Positions 24,691-37,612 of a DNA stretch of 64,000 nucleotides are shown here, piece by piece (within the stretch, counting starts at the first letter, position 1; each line of letters begins with the position of its first letter). This DNA is from Hemiscyllium ocellatum. Lineage: Eukaryota. The stretch spans positions 3,322,117-3,386,116 of the forward strand of contig NC_083410.1 in NCBI RefSeq assembly GCF_020745735.1, in the 5' to 3' direction. The position numbers and the translations under genes are program-made. The notes below the pieces were generated by a model, which was not told the origin of the DNA, did no database searches, and saw nothing but the letters and a program-made list of their open reading frames with translations.

Positions 24691-26199
24691 TGTTCCCTCT
24701 GTTCATGCACCTGTCTAAATGTTTTTTAAATGCTGTAACTAAACCTGCATCTACCACTTCCTCAGGCAGCTCATTCCACATACACTCTGTGTGAAAACAT
24801 TGCCCCTCAGGTCCATTTTAATTCTTTCTCCTCTCACCTTAAACCTTTGCCTTCAAGTTTTGAAGTCCCCTACACTGGGAAAAGGACCTTTGCTATTTAC
24901 CCTCTCCAAGCCCCTCATTGTTTTATAAACCTCTAAAAGGTCGCCTCTCAACTTCCTATGCACTCCATCCACACACCATTGAGTTGAAAGCACTGTTGAG
25001 TTATAGTACAAGTGACAGAAAAATGTGAAATATATTTCCTCAGAAGTGCCACCAGAATAGTGAGGCCATTGGACAATAGATGGCAGTGTTGCACTATCAT
25101 TTTCTACGAGTCAGATTGACACACTGACGGGCAAACTGTGATCAGTTCATTGACAGTCACAAGTTTCACCAGCCCCGAAGAAAGATGGTGGTTTAACTGA
25201 GTAACGAACCAGAGCCCTACCATTCTGATTCAAATCTGTCACGTTGACTTGAAGAGGGTGCGCAGACACAGACACTCAGATTCTGGCTCAGGGACACTAT
25301 TCCTCACAAACAGTTTTTATAAAAAGACTTTTCCACAAAGATTCCTCTGAAGCATCATCTCCATGTGACTATCATAGTCAGACACCTCCAAAACCAGATC
25401 CCAATCGTGGACGAGCTCCTGACTTCACAGCACCACGCCCAGCTTGAAGAAATAACATAAACAAAGTAGGATCACTTTGTAAAGTTGGACAGATTGTTGA
25501 AGAAGACTTTAACACCTGGAGGAGATTTTTCTAAGAGTGGTATGCAATGTTGTTAACCATCATGAGAGATAAAGCATTAGGTCCTTTTCGAGAATGTTCA
25601 CGTGAGATTGTAGAAGTCTCAATGTTGCGAATTCTTCCATTGGCACTTTTCATAACTTCTTCCCTTACTGTGTGCAGCTTTATTCTTTTTATTTGAGGAG
25701 GGCTGCAAAGGCATTAGAGGTTGTTTGCAGGAGGTTTAACAGATCAATATTTGGATTGAGTGGGATGTCATGGGCTTGATTCAACTGCAGGGTAGAAGAC
25801 TGAGGGGTGACTTGATTAAAGTGCGTAAGATCCTGAATAGCCTTGACAAGGTGGATGTGGAAAGGATGTTTCCTCTTGTGGGTCAGTCCAGAATCAAAGG
25901 GCACTGTTTAAAATTAGGGTCACCCTTGCCAGGGGAATTTCTTTCTCTAAGGGTTGTGTGACTTTGGAACTCTCTGCCTCAGAATGTAGTGGAGGAGGAG
26001 GGAATATCGAACATTTCTGTTAGTAGGGAGAGAGATTCTTGTTATGCAGGGGAGGTGGTGGCCTAGTGGTACTATCGCTAGACTACTAATCCAGAGAACC
26101 AGCTAATGTTCTGAGAGCCTGGTTTGAATCCTGCCACGATGGATGGTACAATTCGCATTCAACGCAAAAAGAAGTCTGGAGTTAAAAATCGACTGATGA

Positions 26200-27815
26200 C
26201 CACAAAATCATCACAGCACTTCTACCTGTGAACCAGCTATGTCATTAGCGAGGGCAAATTGAATTCCTGGAGCGGAGAGTTAGTTCAGTACTCCATGACT
26301 TCTCCACTCTTCATTGGACACTCTGGACTCACTTTACATAATTGAACACTTTTTGTCTCTGCTTGAATTCCTGGTTCTAGCACCTTTTCTGGCAATAGTC
26401 TTTCAGAAGTACATATATCCTCATCTTTCAGCATCACAGATTGAGAGGATCCTGTACCTCTTAATATCCTAACCTCTTTACCTGCTGTTCCTGGCCTATG
26501 CAGGTAAACTTTACCTTCACAGATGTATGGTTTAAGAAGATCTAGCACTTCCTCCTTAATCAATCTCCGCCCAGCTTGTGCATTCTGGTGCAGCTTTTGA
26601 GCCACCACTGTGCTTTCCATTACCACTCCCAATAAAAGTCACTGGCTTATCCTGTTTTCCTATATCTGGCTTCCTAACCCACCAACACTGTGATTTCATG
26701 TGGCCTACTTTATTGCAGTGAAAACACTGAAGCTTTTTAATTTCTCTTTCCCCTTCAAGGGTTTCCTTTTTAACCTGGGGCAAGTTATCCTTATGATCAT
26801 CACTGAGATTTCCCTTTCCCTCTCCACGCGAGGATTTTTCTTTTCCCCAATTTCTAATCCTCATGGATTGAAATTGATGTTGGAAGGCAAACATTGATTT
26901 ATGAACCAACTCATAACCATCAGCCATTTCAGCTGCTAATCTTGCCTTTTTAACTCTCTGCTCTTCCACATGAGTTCTCACTAATTCAGGAAGTGAATTT
27001 TTGAACTCTTCTAAAATTATTGCCTCTCTAACAGCATCATAAGTTTGCTTTATTTTTAACGCCCTTATGCACCTCCCAAAACTAATTTGCTATATCCTTT
27101 CAAACTCAATGAATGTTTGACCAGGCTCTCATCTTACATTCCTGAAACATTGCCTGTCGGCTTCTGGCACAAGCTCATCTGCACCTAAGATGGCTTTCTT
27201 CACCTCCTCTTATGCCCAGATAGCTCCTCTGATGGTGATGCAAATACCTGACTAGCTCTACCTGCAAGTATTGTTTGGATCAACAAAACCCACATGGTCA
27301 CCAGCCACTTCGTTTTTCTAGCCACCTTTTCAAATAAGATGAAAAGGTCTTCCACATCCTTCTCATCAAATTCAGGCAATGCTTGAATATATTTAAACAG
27401 TTTCTCACCAGGCCTTTGGCTACCATGGGTTTGCTCATCCTCACTCTCTTCCTCACTCGGCTTACCTTCAGCTCCATCCTTTTCAGCTGACTTTCCTGTC
27501 TTAGCGCAAGTTTCTGAAGTTCAAGCTCCCTCTCTTTCTTCCTTTCCTTGCTTTTCTTTTCTTTTTGTTCTGCTAGGGTTTTTCTCTTTCTTCTGCTCTT
27601 AATCGTGATTCAAACAGTTTCATTTCTTTATCCCTTTCTTTTTTCCTTTTGCCCCTAACTCAAGCTGCTTCATTCTTAATTATATTTTAGCCATCCCTAA
27701 AGATTCTAATGGTATTTCCAGCAAATGTAAATGCTGAGCTATTGCTGTCATTATCTCTCCTCTCCTGATGGAAGGAGACATCTCTAACCCCAGCTTGTCT
27801 GCTAACTCTCTCAGC
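26200..27815 (-). mobile_element. Degraded Gypsy LTR-retrotransposon gag
   Basis: LPEFDEKDVE, ILEEFKNSLPELVRTHVEEQRVKKARLAAEMADGYELVH and the zinc knuckle CFHCNKVGHMKSQC (ORF 26556-26981). The frame is broken upstream. Confidence 0.85.
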
Positions 27816-27817
27816 TT

Positions 27818-28150
27818 GGGTGGCACAGTGGTTAACACTGCTGCCTCACAGCGCCAGAGAGCTGGGTTCAATTCCCACCTCAGGCAACTGTGTGGAGTTT
27901 GCACATTCTCCCCATGTCTATGTGGGTTTCCTCTGGGTGCTCTGGTTTCCTCCCACAGTCCGAAAATGTGCAGGTTCGGTGAATTGACCATGCTAAATTG
28001 CTCATAGTGTTCAGGGATGTGTAGGCTAGATGCTTTGGTCAGGGGTAAATGTAGAGTAAGAGGGGAATGGGTCTGGGTAGGATACTCTTCGGATGGTCGG
28101 TGTGAACATGCTGGGCCATATGGCCTTTTTCCACACTGTAGGGATTCTAT
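27818..28150 (+). mobile_element. HE1-type tRNA-derived V-SINE (diverged)
   Basis: ggtggcacagtggttaacactgctgcctcacagcgcc...tgtggagtttgcacattctcccc...ccacactgtaggg, inserted in the Gypsy remnant. Confidence 0.85.
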
Positions 28151-29305
28151 GATTCTATATTATCGGATTTAAAGCAAAACACTCTATTCATCCACTGTAG
28201 TTAGAATACAACAAAAGAAAGAAGGAATTAGAATAACAATCCAATGCAAAATTTTACAGAATAACAAATACAGTAACTTTTACTAATTAACTGTACTAAT
28301 ATAGAAACATCCCATAAATGCACCCTTGCAAATTCCGAAAAATAGATTGTTCTACATGAAATTCTATCAGCAAGAAAGAGATCATGCAGTTCCCCAGAGA
28401 ACTAGAGAAAGAGAGTCCTTTCCTTCCACAGTCTAAGTTCATACCCACTAACTAACTAAAGCAAAGCCAGAAGTCACACAACACCAGGTTATAGTCCAAC
28501 AGGTTTTTATGAAATCACAAGGAGAGGGCTGCTCCTTCATCAGGTGAAGTGACTTCACCTCCACATCATAACTAAAGCAAGACTTTGCAAAAGTCCTGGA
28601 TCTGTGTGTATCTCCACCCATTTGGGCTTCTATTGTTCCAGCTTTAAAAAAAACTCAAGAACTCACAAATTATTTATCTTCTCATAGACTGCTCTGTACC
28701 TGTCTTCCAATCTCTCTCGCTAAAAGAAACCAGGATAAAACACACCTCCTGAAACCACTGCATCCTCCCAAGGCTAATGTGCTAAAATTAAAGACCCTGC
28801 TATTCCTGATATCACAGGTGCTAAAGATTTTAAAAGGTCAACAGAAATCCCTCATTGACCTGACTTTCCGACTACATTTGACAGAAAACACAGAGCAAGT
28901 GTTGGTACTTGACAGAATCGTTATTTTTCAGAATAGATTCTAACTACAGAAATGAGAAAGGGATTCTGGAATGAGTACTGTATAAACATTGATACTGTAC
29001 AAGTGATTTTGCTTTTTGAAACTTGGAAATAGGTTTTTTTTGCGATTCGTTGTGTGCTTAAATCTCTTTGAATTTGTGTTATAAATAAGTAGATTAATTT
29101 GTTCCATTTCACCTTCATTTCCTTTCCTTAATAAATATCTGTTTACAATTAAAACTAAATTTGCAACATTTCATGCTTGTCGCAGTGAGAGAACACCTTG
29201 CTAAAGCTAGGTTTCAGTCTGTGATCTGACTTGACCAGTAATAACAATCACTGCAATCATATTAAATGTAATATGTAATGTAATATGTAATATTAAATGA
29301 CTTAT

Positions 29306-29769
29306 TGGTAATATTCAGCCAGTTCGTTTTCCAAAGATCTTCCTAAAAATCTCACTGATGTAGATATTGGTGCCACTGAACTGCAGGTCTCTGATGGTCA
29401 GAGTGTAATTGTTAATAAAAGCAGCTTTGACAAAGGGTCAGTTATACTTGAAACATCAGCTCTTTTCTCTCCTTACAGATGCTGCCAGACCTGCTGAGAT
29501 TTTCCAGCATTTTCTCTTCTGGTTATGTAATTGTTAATGGTCATGTTTCTGGAATGCTGAAACTGCTCAGAGAATCCTCTTGATCGGTGAACACTGCAGT
29601 CTTCATAATGACTCAGTACGATATGCCCATCTTATGAACAGTACCAGTGTATCTGTCACTGTGTGATCAGCATTGCTGCTCTGCCAATCACAGTGAAATG
29701 TCACTGTCCCACCCTCAGGCACTGTCACCGCTTCAGGGGATTGGATAAAAACTGGCCATGTATCCTGAC
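29306..29769 (-). pseudogene. Germline-joined VJ exon, pseudogene with a 122-bp pLTR-type insertion
   Basis: Acceptor ctcacag|. Reads QDTWPVFIQSPEAVTVPEGGTVTFHC..IHWY..SHYEDCSVHRSRGFSEQFQHSRNMTINNY[insert]TLTIRDLQFSGTNIYISEIFRKIFGKRT.LNIT. The TSD tgtaattgttaat lies at 29404-29416 and 29526-29538. The second Cys is lost (AGT) and the donor is mutated to ataagt. Confidence 0.8.
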
Positions 29770-30199
29770 CTGTGAGTAGAAAATAACTGAGATCAGAACA
29801 GATACGAAACCACAAAAATAATCACTTGGAAACAAAACTGTAAAAAAATCTCCCCATGTCTGGCCTTAAAATGGAGGGAAGGTCATTGATGAAGCAGCCA
29901 AGGATGGTTGGCTTAAAGACTTTCCACCCAGTTTTGTATTGTTAACAAACTGGGATATATTACTCTCGGTCTCTTCATCAAAGTCATAAAGAGAGATTCT
30001 GAATAGCTGAAGTTCCAGAATGATCCATTGCCATTGTACAGCTAGGCCTTTTAAATATTTACCCAGTCCACCTTAATCAATTTGTACCTCTAGCCTTGAT
30101 AACTTCCCTTATCCAACTTGAAGACCCTTGCTTCAGGTTGAACAACTCAATCTCAGGCATAATGTAAAACTCTATCATATCACAATCACTCATCCCTAT

Positions 30200-31100
30200 A
30201 GATTCTTTTATAACAAGAGCCTCTGCCTCTGACATTCCAGGGAAAACAGCCGCAGTCTATTCATTCTCTCCCTTGAGCTCAAACGCTGCAGCCCTGGCAA
30301 GTTCAATGTAAGTCTTTCTTGAACTCTCTCCAGTTTAACAACACTCTTAAACTGGGGACCAGTCAAAACACAATGTAAACTGTGCAAACTGCACTGAAGG
30401 AAAAACAGGTGAATGCAGGACCGAACCCTCTGCAGAGGATTAAAATGTGGGAACGGAATGCAGGTCATGTGGGACTGTCATGGACTCACATCCACTTACC
30501 CACCCTGTCACCATGACCGTAATTCCTTCATTGTTCAAAACAAAATCTATCTTAGCTTTGAAAATGTTAACTGAAGGAGCATCTACTGCTTCCCTGGGCA
30601 GGGAATTCCACAGATTCCCAACCCTCTGGGTGAAAAAGTTCCTTCTCAATTCAGTCCTAAATCTGCTCCTCCTAATTTTGAGGTTATGCCCTCTTGTCCT
30701 ACTTTCACCTGCCTGTGGAAATGCCCTCTCTACTTCTATCTTATCTATTCCCTTCATAACTTTATATGTATCTATAAGATTCCCCCCTCATTCTTCTGAA
30801 TTCCAATGTATATTATCTCAGTCTACTCAGTGTCTCCTCATGAGCCAACCCCCTCAACTCCGGAATCAACCCAATGAACCTCCTTTTCCCCCTCCTCTAG
30901 TTCCAGTCCATCTTTTCTCAAGTAAAGAGACCAAAACTGTACACAGTACTCCAGGTGTGGCCTCACCAGTACCTTGTACAGCTGCAACATAACCTCCCAG
31001 CTTTTAAAGTCAATCCCTTTAGCAATGAAGGACAAAATTCCATTTGCTTTCCTAATTACCTGTTATACTTGTAGACCAACCCTCTGTGATTCATTACATT
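30200..31100 (-). mobile_element. CR1 3' fragments
   Basis: ORFs 30838-31035 (LYKVLVRPHLEYCVQFWS) and 30440-30757 (RTRGHNLKI...RNFFTQRV). Confidence 0.85.
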
Positions 31101-31429
31101 TTCTTTAGAGCACAGCAGGTTGAGGGTGAGCTGACACTTTTTCTTTATTTATCTATGAGGTGAGGATGTCGCTGGTTAGGCAGCATTTACTGCCCAACCT
31201 TAATTGCCCAGATGTTGGTTAAAGGTAACTCACATAGATGTGGGTCTTGAGTCACATGTAGGCCAGACCAGGTAAGGATGACAGGAACCCTCCCTAAAGG
31301 ACCTTAATGAATCAGATGGGTTTTTCCAACAAACAATTCATGGTCATCATTATATTCTTAATTCCAGATATTTATTGAATTCAAATTCCACCATCTGCCA
31401 AGGCAGGATTTGAACCCAGGTCCCAGAAT

Positions 31430-31930
31430 ATGGAGAAAGTGAGGACTGCAGGTACTGGAGATCAGAGTTGCAGGAAAAGCACAGCAGGTCAGGCAGCATC
31501 CAAGGAGCAGGGGAATCAATGTTTCGGGCAAAAACCCTTCATCATTATGCCCGGAACATTGATTCTCCTGCTCCTCAGATGCTGTCTGACTTGCTGTGCT
31601 TTTCCAGCACCACACTCTCAACCCAGAACATTACCTGTGCGTCTAGATTAACAATCTGGTGATAATACCAGTAGGCCACCGCCTGTCCTGAGGTGTATAT
31701 AGTTATGAGGGGCATGGACAGGATGGAGAGAACGTAGCTATTCCCCTCAGTTAAACAGTCACTAACAAGGGGCATAATATTAAGGTTAAAGGCAGGAGGT
31801 TTACAGGGGATTTGTGGAAACCCTTCACCCAGAGGTTAGTCAGGGTCTGGTCCCCACATTCCTGATGAATGGCTTATGCCCGAAACATCGATTCTCCTGC
31901 TCCTTGGATGCTGCCTGACCTGCTGCACTT
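31430..31930. mobile_element. Cluster of Penelope-type pLTR copies (inverted pair plus one with a hammerhead-like core)
   Basis: Inverted arms at ~31480-31615. attcCTGATGAatggcttatgcccGAAAC at ~31858. Confidence 0.65.
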
Positions 31931-33149
31931 TTCCAGCCCCACACGTTTTGACCAAGGGTCTGGAATGCACTGCTTATGAGGGGAGTTGAGACAGGTAACC
32001 TGACAGCACTCAAAATATCAACACATTGGGTCTAATGCAGGATAGTGGGACTAATGTAGGTTTAGTGCAGCCTTGGTGAGATAGACTCGATGGGCTGAAG
32101 AGCCTCTTCTGTACTGTATAGTTCTATGATTGAGAACACAAACAGATATTATTCTCATAGTGAGACATGACTGAAATTGAAATGATAGAAAACTGGTTTT
32201 TGTTTTTGTACAAATGGTCTGATTAACAGGGCTCTCATTTTCATTCACTGTCACTGAAGCCATGTTTAACAGTATACCCTGATGATGTTGTTTCCCTAAA
32301 GAACAGCTCCCCGCTCCTATTATACATCACTCTTTCCTTTTTAGCCCCAGCAGGCTTCCCTCTCCAACTCTCCAGTTTCCTGCAATGGGGTCAGCTTTCT
32401 GCTGTGTCTGTTCCTTTGTGCCCCTCGATGCTGTCAGTTATCACCGGTCTCTCAGCCCCATGTCAACATTAGGGTCACTGTGTGAGATAACGTTGGTCCA
32501 ATACGGCACAATGAACTATTCAGCCAACAGGCCTCCTGGAAATTCAGTAATAAGGCAAGAATTTAAAAAGAGCAGCAACCACCTGCCCACAAACCGATGA
32601 TTTTCACCTCTCTTCCACTTAGCAGATGACAGTCGGCTTGTTTCGTGTGAAAGGTATTGGCGAAAATCAATTTGTTTCCAATTGTTCTCAGCATTTCCTC
32701 TCTATATGCCATCTCGCAAAGGGGCTGACTCTCATCAGAGAATCCATTCAAGACCCCCATTAACTGTGCCACTTAAATATAGTTACCTTAGTCTGACCAG
32801 ACCATAGGACTGCACCCTCATTGGAAAGAGAGACGGGGAAAGAGAGAGAGGGAGAGAGAGAGAGAGACAGAGAGAGACAGAGAGAGAAAGGGAGGGGGAG
32901 AGAAGACTGTTGGGGGTTTAACCTGAGGCTCACCCTCAGGAAAAAGGAAACAGGACAGCGAAATGGAGAGAAACAACACTTCAGCTTTTTGACAGAACAG
33001 GCTTCCTGTACATCAGAGGGAGAGAGAATTCTGTCCATCCACTCACACACACATTCACCTGCATTCTGAGGAGAATTGATTGGATACATTGAATTCTGTG
33101 TTATTTCACTACTGTGCATCTTTCTGATGATGGTTCAGATCTGATCGGG

Positions 33150-34030
33150 CTGCCCCAGCAGTATATCCAAGTGTTACCTGGTATGGAAGGGATGTCTTAC
33201 AAGGAAAGGCTGAGGGCCTTGAGGCTCTTCTCGTTAAAGAGAAGAAGATTGAGAGGTGACTTATTAGAGAAATACAAGATAATCAGAGGGTTAGATAGTG
33301 TGGACAGGGAGAGCCTTTTTCCAAGTATGGGGACGGCAAACACGAGGGAACACAACTTTAAAGTGAGAGGAGATAGGTATAAGACAGATGTCAGAGGTAG
33401 TTTCTTTACTCAGAGAGTAGTAAGGGTATGGAATGTTTTGCCTGCAACGGTAGTAGATTCGCCAAGTTGAAGTACATTTAAGTCGTCGTTGGACAGGCAA
33501 ATGGACGTACATGGAATAGTGTAGGTGGGATGGACTTCAGATTAGTATGACGGGGCAGCGCAACATCGAGGGCCAAAGAGCCTGTACTGTGCTGTAATGT
33601 TCTATGTTCTGTGTTCCAAAACAGAAAAGGATTCAGAAAAAGATTGACAAGAATGTTGCAAGGGTTAGAGGAATTGAGCTATAGCGAGAGGCTGAATAAG
33701 CTGGGGCTAATTTTCTTGAAGTGCTGGAGGCTGAGGGTTGACTTTATAGAGGTTTATAAAATCATGAGGGGCATGGATAGGGTGAATAGTGAGGTCTTTT
33801 CTCTCGGGCGGGGGAGTCTAAAACTAGAGGGCATAGGTTTAAGGTGGGAGGGGTAAAATTTGAAATGGACATAAGGAGCAACCTTTTCACGCTGAGGGTG
33901 GTGAGTGTTTGGATGAATTGCCAGAGGAAGTGGCGGAGGCTGGTACAGTTACAACATTTAAAAGGCACCTGATTGGAATGTGAATGCAAAGGGTTTAGAG
34001 AGATATGGGCCAAATACTGGCAAATGGGAC
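33150..34030 (+). mobile_element. Two tandem CR1 3' ends
   Basis: ERLRALRLFSLKRRRLRGDL...FFTQRVV with a ttctatgttct tail at ~33600, followed by a second similar 3' end. Confidence 0.85.
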
Positions 34031-34289
34031 AAAATTATGTTGTGGTTCTGTTTGCTGAGCTGGGAATTTGTATTGCAGATGTTTCGTCCCCTGTCTAGGT
34101 GAATCAGCAGCTCCTTGACTGATTCACACTTACAGAAGCTCTCTGACTGATTCATTAAAAGTTACAGCTTAAAGGAACTGCTGAAGGAGAAATCAGCTGA
34201 CTTTCTTCAGCTTTAAAATACGGTTTTTCTGCAGAGAACAGAGACACTGATTTTGAGCTGGTACAGGTCTGATGGGTTCTCTCTCTTGT

Positions 34290-34602
34290 GGGTGGCATGG
34301 TTAGCAGTGGTTAGCACTGCTGCCTCACAGCGCCAGAGACCTGGGTGCAATTCCCGCCTCAGGCGACTGACTGTGTGGAGTTTGCACGTTCTCCGTGTGT
34401 GTGCGTGAGTTTCCTCCGGGTGCTCCAGTTTCCTCCCACAGTCCAAAGATGTGTGGGTCAGGTGAATTGGCCATGCTAAATTGCTCGTAGTGTTAGGTAA
34501 GGGGTAAATGTAGGGGTATGGGGGGGTTGCGCTTCGGCGGGTTGGTGTGGACTTGTTGGGCTGAAGGGCCTGTTTCCACACTGTAAGTAATCTAATCTAA
34601 TC
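34290..34602 (+). mobile_element. HE1-type V-SINE, full length
   Basis: tRNA-like head, central conserved block and (taatc)n tail. Confidence 0.9.
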
Positions 34603-35409
34603 TTCACACTCCAAAGTTGTTCAGCTCCCTTTGAATTCTCACATTGCCATCAGGAGGTAGAAAGCATTTATTATCAATAATTGACCACATGTTCACAAAC
34701 CCAATCAGCTACATGTTGCCAGTTACATCTCAATTATTACATACCCTCCTCCCAAAGCCCTTCCCTCTCTCTCCACTTTCCAGCTCCACCTGGTTTGTAA
34801 ACCTTCTCCCTCTACTGCCCCAGCAGTCAGCCGTGTAAACAGCACTCGCAATGAGGGTCAGGTTAATTGATCTCCGAAAGTGTAGCAATCCATCAACAAT
34901 CTTTGATTTGCAAAGCATTTAATTTGTCATTTCAATTCACAATCAAAAATGCAGAAGATAAAAACAGTTCCACTCCATAACAGCTTGTGACTCTCTTCAT
35001 TACTCCCTGGCAGAGAGAGACCAGGAGGACTGATCCCAGATCTCTACATGAACTCTCAGACACACATGAGGGGTTATTGGGCAGTAGCTGAGCTTGGCTC
35101 ATCTCCAATTAGCCCTTATGTTGAACAGTGAATGATCCTTCAGCAGGAAAGCCAAATCACTCAAATTACCAAATGAGACATATTGGTCCAACTTGCTTTG
35201 TGTAATTCAGAATCAGGGTTGAGTCTGACTGGGATGTTCATGTCCAAGTATTCCTGATTTTGTTCCTGATTTTCCATCTGGGATTGTGCTTTTGAAGTGT
35301 GGTCCCTGTTATCAGAAAGAAGAGGAACTGATTTAAACACAGCAAGGTCACTGGGAGAGCAATGTTGCTTCAGAATATAAGAACATAAGAAATAGTGCTT
35401 GCTATCTGA

Positions 35410-35730
35410 GTGTGTGGCTACTAAGGATAGCTGGTCATGTCCTAGAGGCATGGCACTCATTCACAGATTCAATCAATAAGCTCATCGACCTGAACCCAAT
35501 ATACCGACCACTGCAGCGGACAGCTGGAACTGACAACCAGAAGCGACAGATACAAATCACTATAAATGCTGGAGGAAACATCACAGAAGTATTTCACAGG
35601 AGGGTCCCAAGCACTGAAGATGTCACCTCGACAGGGGACAAAATGTCTGCAAAACAAATTCCCAGCTCGGCGAACAGAACCACAACAATGAACACCCGAG
35701 CTACAAATCTTCTCGCAAACTTTGAAGGTA
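35410..35730 (+). mobile_element. 3' fragment of the same Penelope family as 42048-44373
   Basis: LEAWHSFTDSINKLIDLNPIY parallels LEAWHSSTNSINRHIDLDPIY. It ends in ttcccagctcggcgaacagaaccacaac...cccgagctacaaatctt. Confidence 0.8.
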
Positions 35731-36499
35731 TGTCCCTGTCAGGCAGGGAGGAAGTGATAAGGTAAGGGAACCGGGATTGACTACAGAAATTTCATCTCTT
35801 GTTAAGAAGAAGAAGAAGAAGGAAGCTTATGTGTTAATGAGGCAAGATGGTTCAGATGAGGCGATGGAGAGTTACAGATCAGCTAGGAAGGATTTAAAGA
35901 GAGGGATGGCAGTGGAACCAGATACAATCGGGTGTTTAAGGAATCGTGTGTTTAAGGAATCGGGTGTTTAAGGAATTTTCAAACAAGCCACATGAATATT
36001 CAAGGAATGAAGGAATATGCACCACAGGCAGGCAGAAGGGATTAGTTTCATTTGGCATCATGTTCAGCACAACATCATGGGCCAAAGGGCCCATTCATGT
36101 GCTGCACTGTTCCAGGTTCAATCAAGGTCTGAGAGGATCAGAGTGCACAGTAATTTTGGGGTCTAGGAGGGTCTGAGTGCCCAGTAATCTCAGGGTCTGA
36201 GAATATATGGACATGAGACATTTGTTGGTGAGGAAGCTTGAATCTGGGTGAACATGAAGTTGAAGCTGAGATGAGTCTGTTCGATTGAGCTGTTCTTGAC
36301 TGCTCCTTGCTGCAGAGTGAAAAGATCCTGTTGAACTTCAGGTTCTTGCCCGTTTTATAATTGCGTACTCCGAGATCCTTTCAGCAGCTGTCACTGTCGG
36401 CTGGCTGCTTCCTTGTCGGTGAAAGTGAGGCTCAGCATAATGACATTCCCTTTCAGCCAGCTGGAATCGAACACCAACATCACTCAGTAATTTCCTCAC

Positions 36500-36554
36500 A
36501 GACACCACAACATCCCAGCAGCAGCAGCAGCAGCAGCCGCAGCGCTGAGCAGAT
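36500..36554 (-). pseudogene. Candidate signal-peptide (leader) exon with start codon ATG>ATC
   Basis: gcagaccATC TGC TCA GCG CTG CGG (CTG)7 GGA TGT TGT GGT GTC T|gtgagg reads (M)CSALRLLLLLLLGCCGV, with Kozak-like acc and a phase-1 donor compatible with the VJ exons. It could also be a chance CTG microsatellite or a transmembrane exon. Confidence 0.45.
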
Positions 36555-37310
36555 GGTCTGCTTTAGTGAATGTTAAGGAATAGACACACATCACCCAGGG
36601 AGTTCAACAGAACCTCTCTGCTCTCTGCCAAACTAATGCCCAGGGATGTTTTACATCCATCCAAGGTGCAGAGAGGATCCAGATTTCACTCCATGCCCAA
36701 AAGAGGGGCAGCTTTTACTGAGCAGCACCCCCTCAGTACTGCCCTGGAGGGTCAGCCCAAAGTCTGTGCTCAAATCTGTGGCTGGGGCTTGAATTGACGT
36801 CTATCTGAATGAGCAGCAAGAGAGTCCCCAGTGAGCCCTGGCTGGTATCCAAGGATGTCAGGGTCAGGATCATGATCCGGGAGGGAAAAGCTGGAATGCT
36901 GGCTCATCCCCCCCCTTCTTAATCTCAGGTGCTGAGGTCAATGGAGCCAAGCTGTACTCTCCTCCCAACTGCAGTCAGCTCATTTGGAGCAGAGCAGGGA
37001 TTGAATCTTCCTGACCCAGGGCTTGTTATGGGTTTCAGCTCTTCACAGACAGCAGTAGGTTGGATACTGAGGGAATGGAGAACATTGGGGGATGGTGAAG
37101 GAAGGTGGAATTGAGATTGAATTACAGCCACACGGTTCTGGCTCATTCCACCTTCTTAATCTCAGCCCTCGGAGGGTCCCCTTGCACCTGAACAATCCAT
37201 TAAGAGGAACATAGACCCCAGGGCATTCTGTCTGTGATGGTAATCCTACAAAATGTGAGAGCATTTCCCAGGCACTGGAACATTGTGGACATTTCTGTCC
37301 ATGCAACTTG

Positions 37311-37612
37311 AGATTAGATTACTTACAGTGTGGAAACAGGCCCTTCGGCCCAACAAGTCCACACCGACCCGCCGAAGCGCAACCCACCCATACCCCTGCA
37401 TTTACCCCTTAACTAACACTACGGGCAATTTAGCATGGCCAATTCACCTGACCCGCACATCTTTGGACTGTGGGAGGAAACCGGAGCACCCGGAGGAAAC
37501 CCACGCAGACACGGGGAGAACGTGCAAACTCCACACAGTCAGTCGCCTGAGTCGGGAATTGAACCCGGGTCTCTGGTGCTGTGAGGCAGCAGTGCTAACC
37601 ACTGTGCCACCG
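37311..37612 (-). mobile_element. HE1-type V-SINE, young full length
   Basis: Reverse complement of the SINE at 34290-34602, with an agattagatt tail. Confidence 0.92.

Noticed and set aside
25000-25690. Unique-looking Ser/Pro-rich stretch as a processed pseudogene
   Set aside because: All frames I read are interrupted and I could not recognise any family; a translated search would be needed.
27818-28150. tRNA-like heads as tRNA genes
   Set aside because: They continue into the conserved SINE body and tail and do not form a complete cloverleaf.
32190-32260. GGTTTTTGT nonamer as part of an RSS
   Set aside because: No CACTGTG heptamer at 12 or 23 nt spacing and no J segment downstream.
32770-32825. 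Minus-strand VLWSGQTK|gtaact as a free J segment
   Set aside because: Lacks the F/WGxG motif and an upstream RSS.
35161-35460. ORF containing YLDM as a cytoplasmic signalling exon
   Set aside because: The ORF begins in antisense Penelope sequence, a 4-residue motif is expected by chance, and no TM exon links to it.
36280-36480. ISEYAII as an ITIM after the poly-Leu stretch
   Set aside because: Out of frame with the hydrophobic segment and no supporting splice sites.
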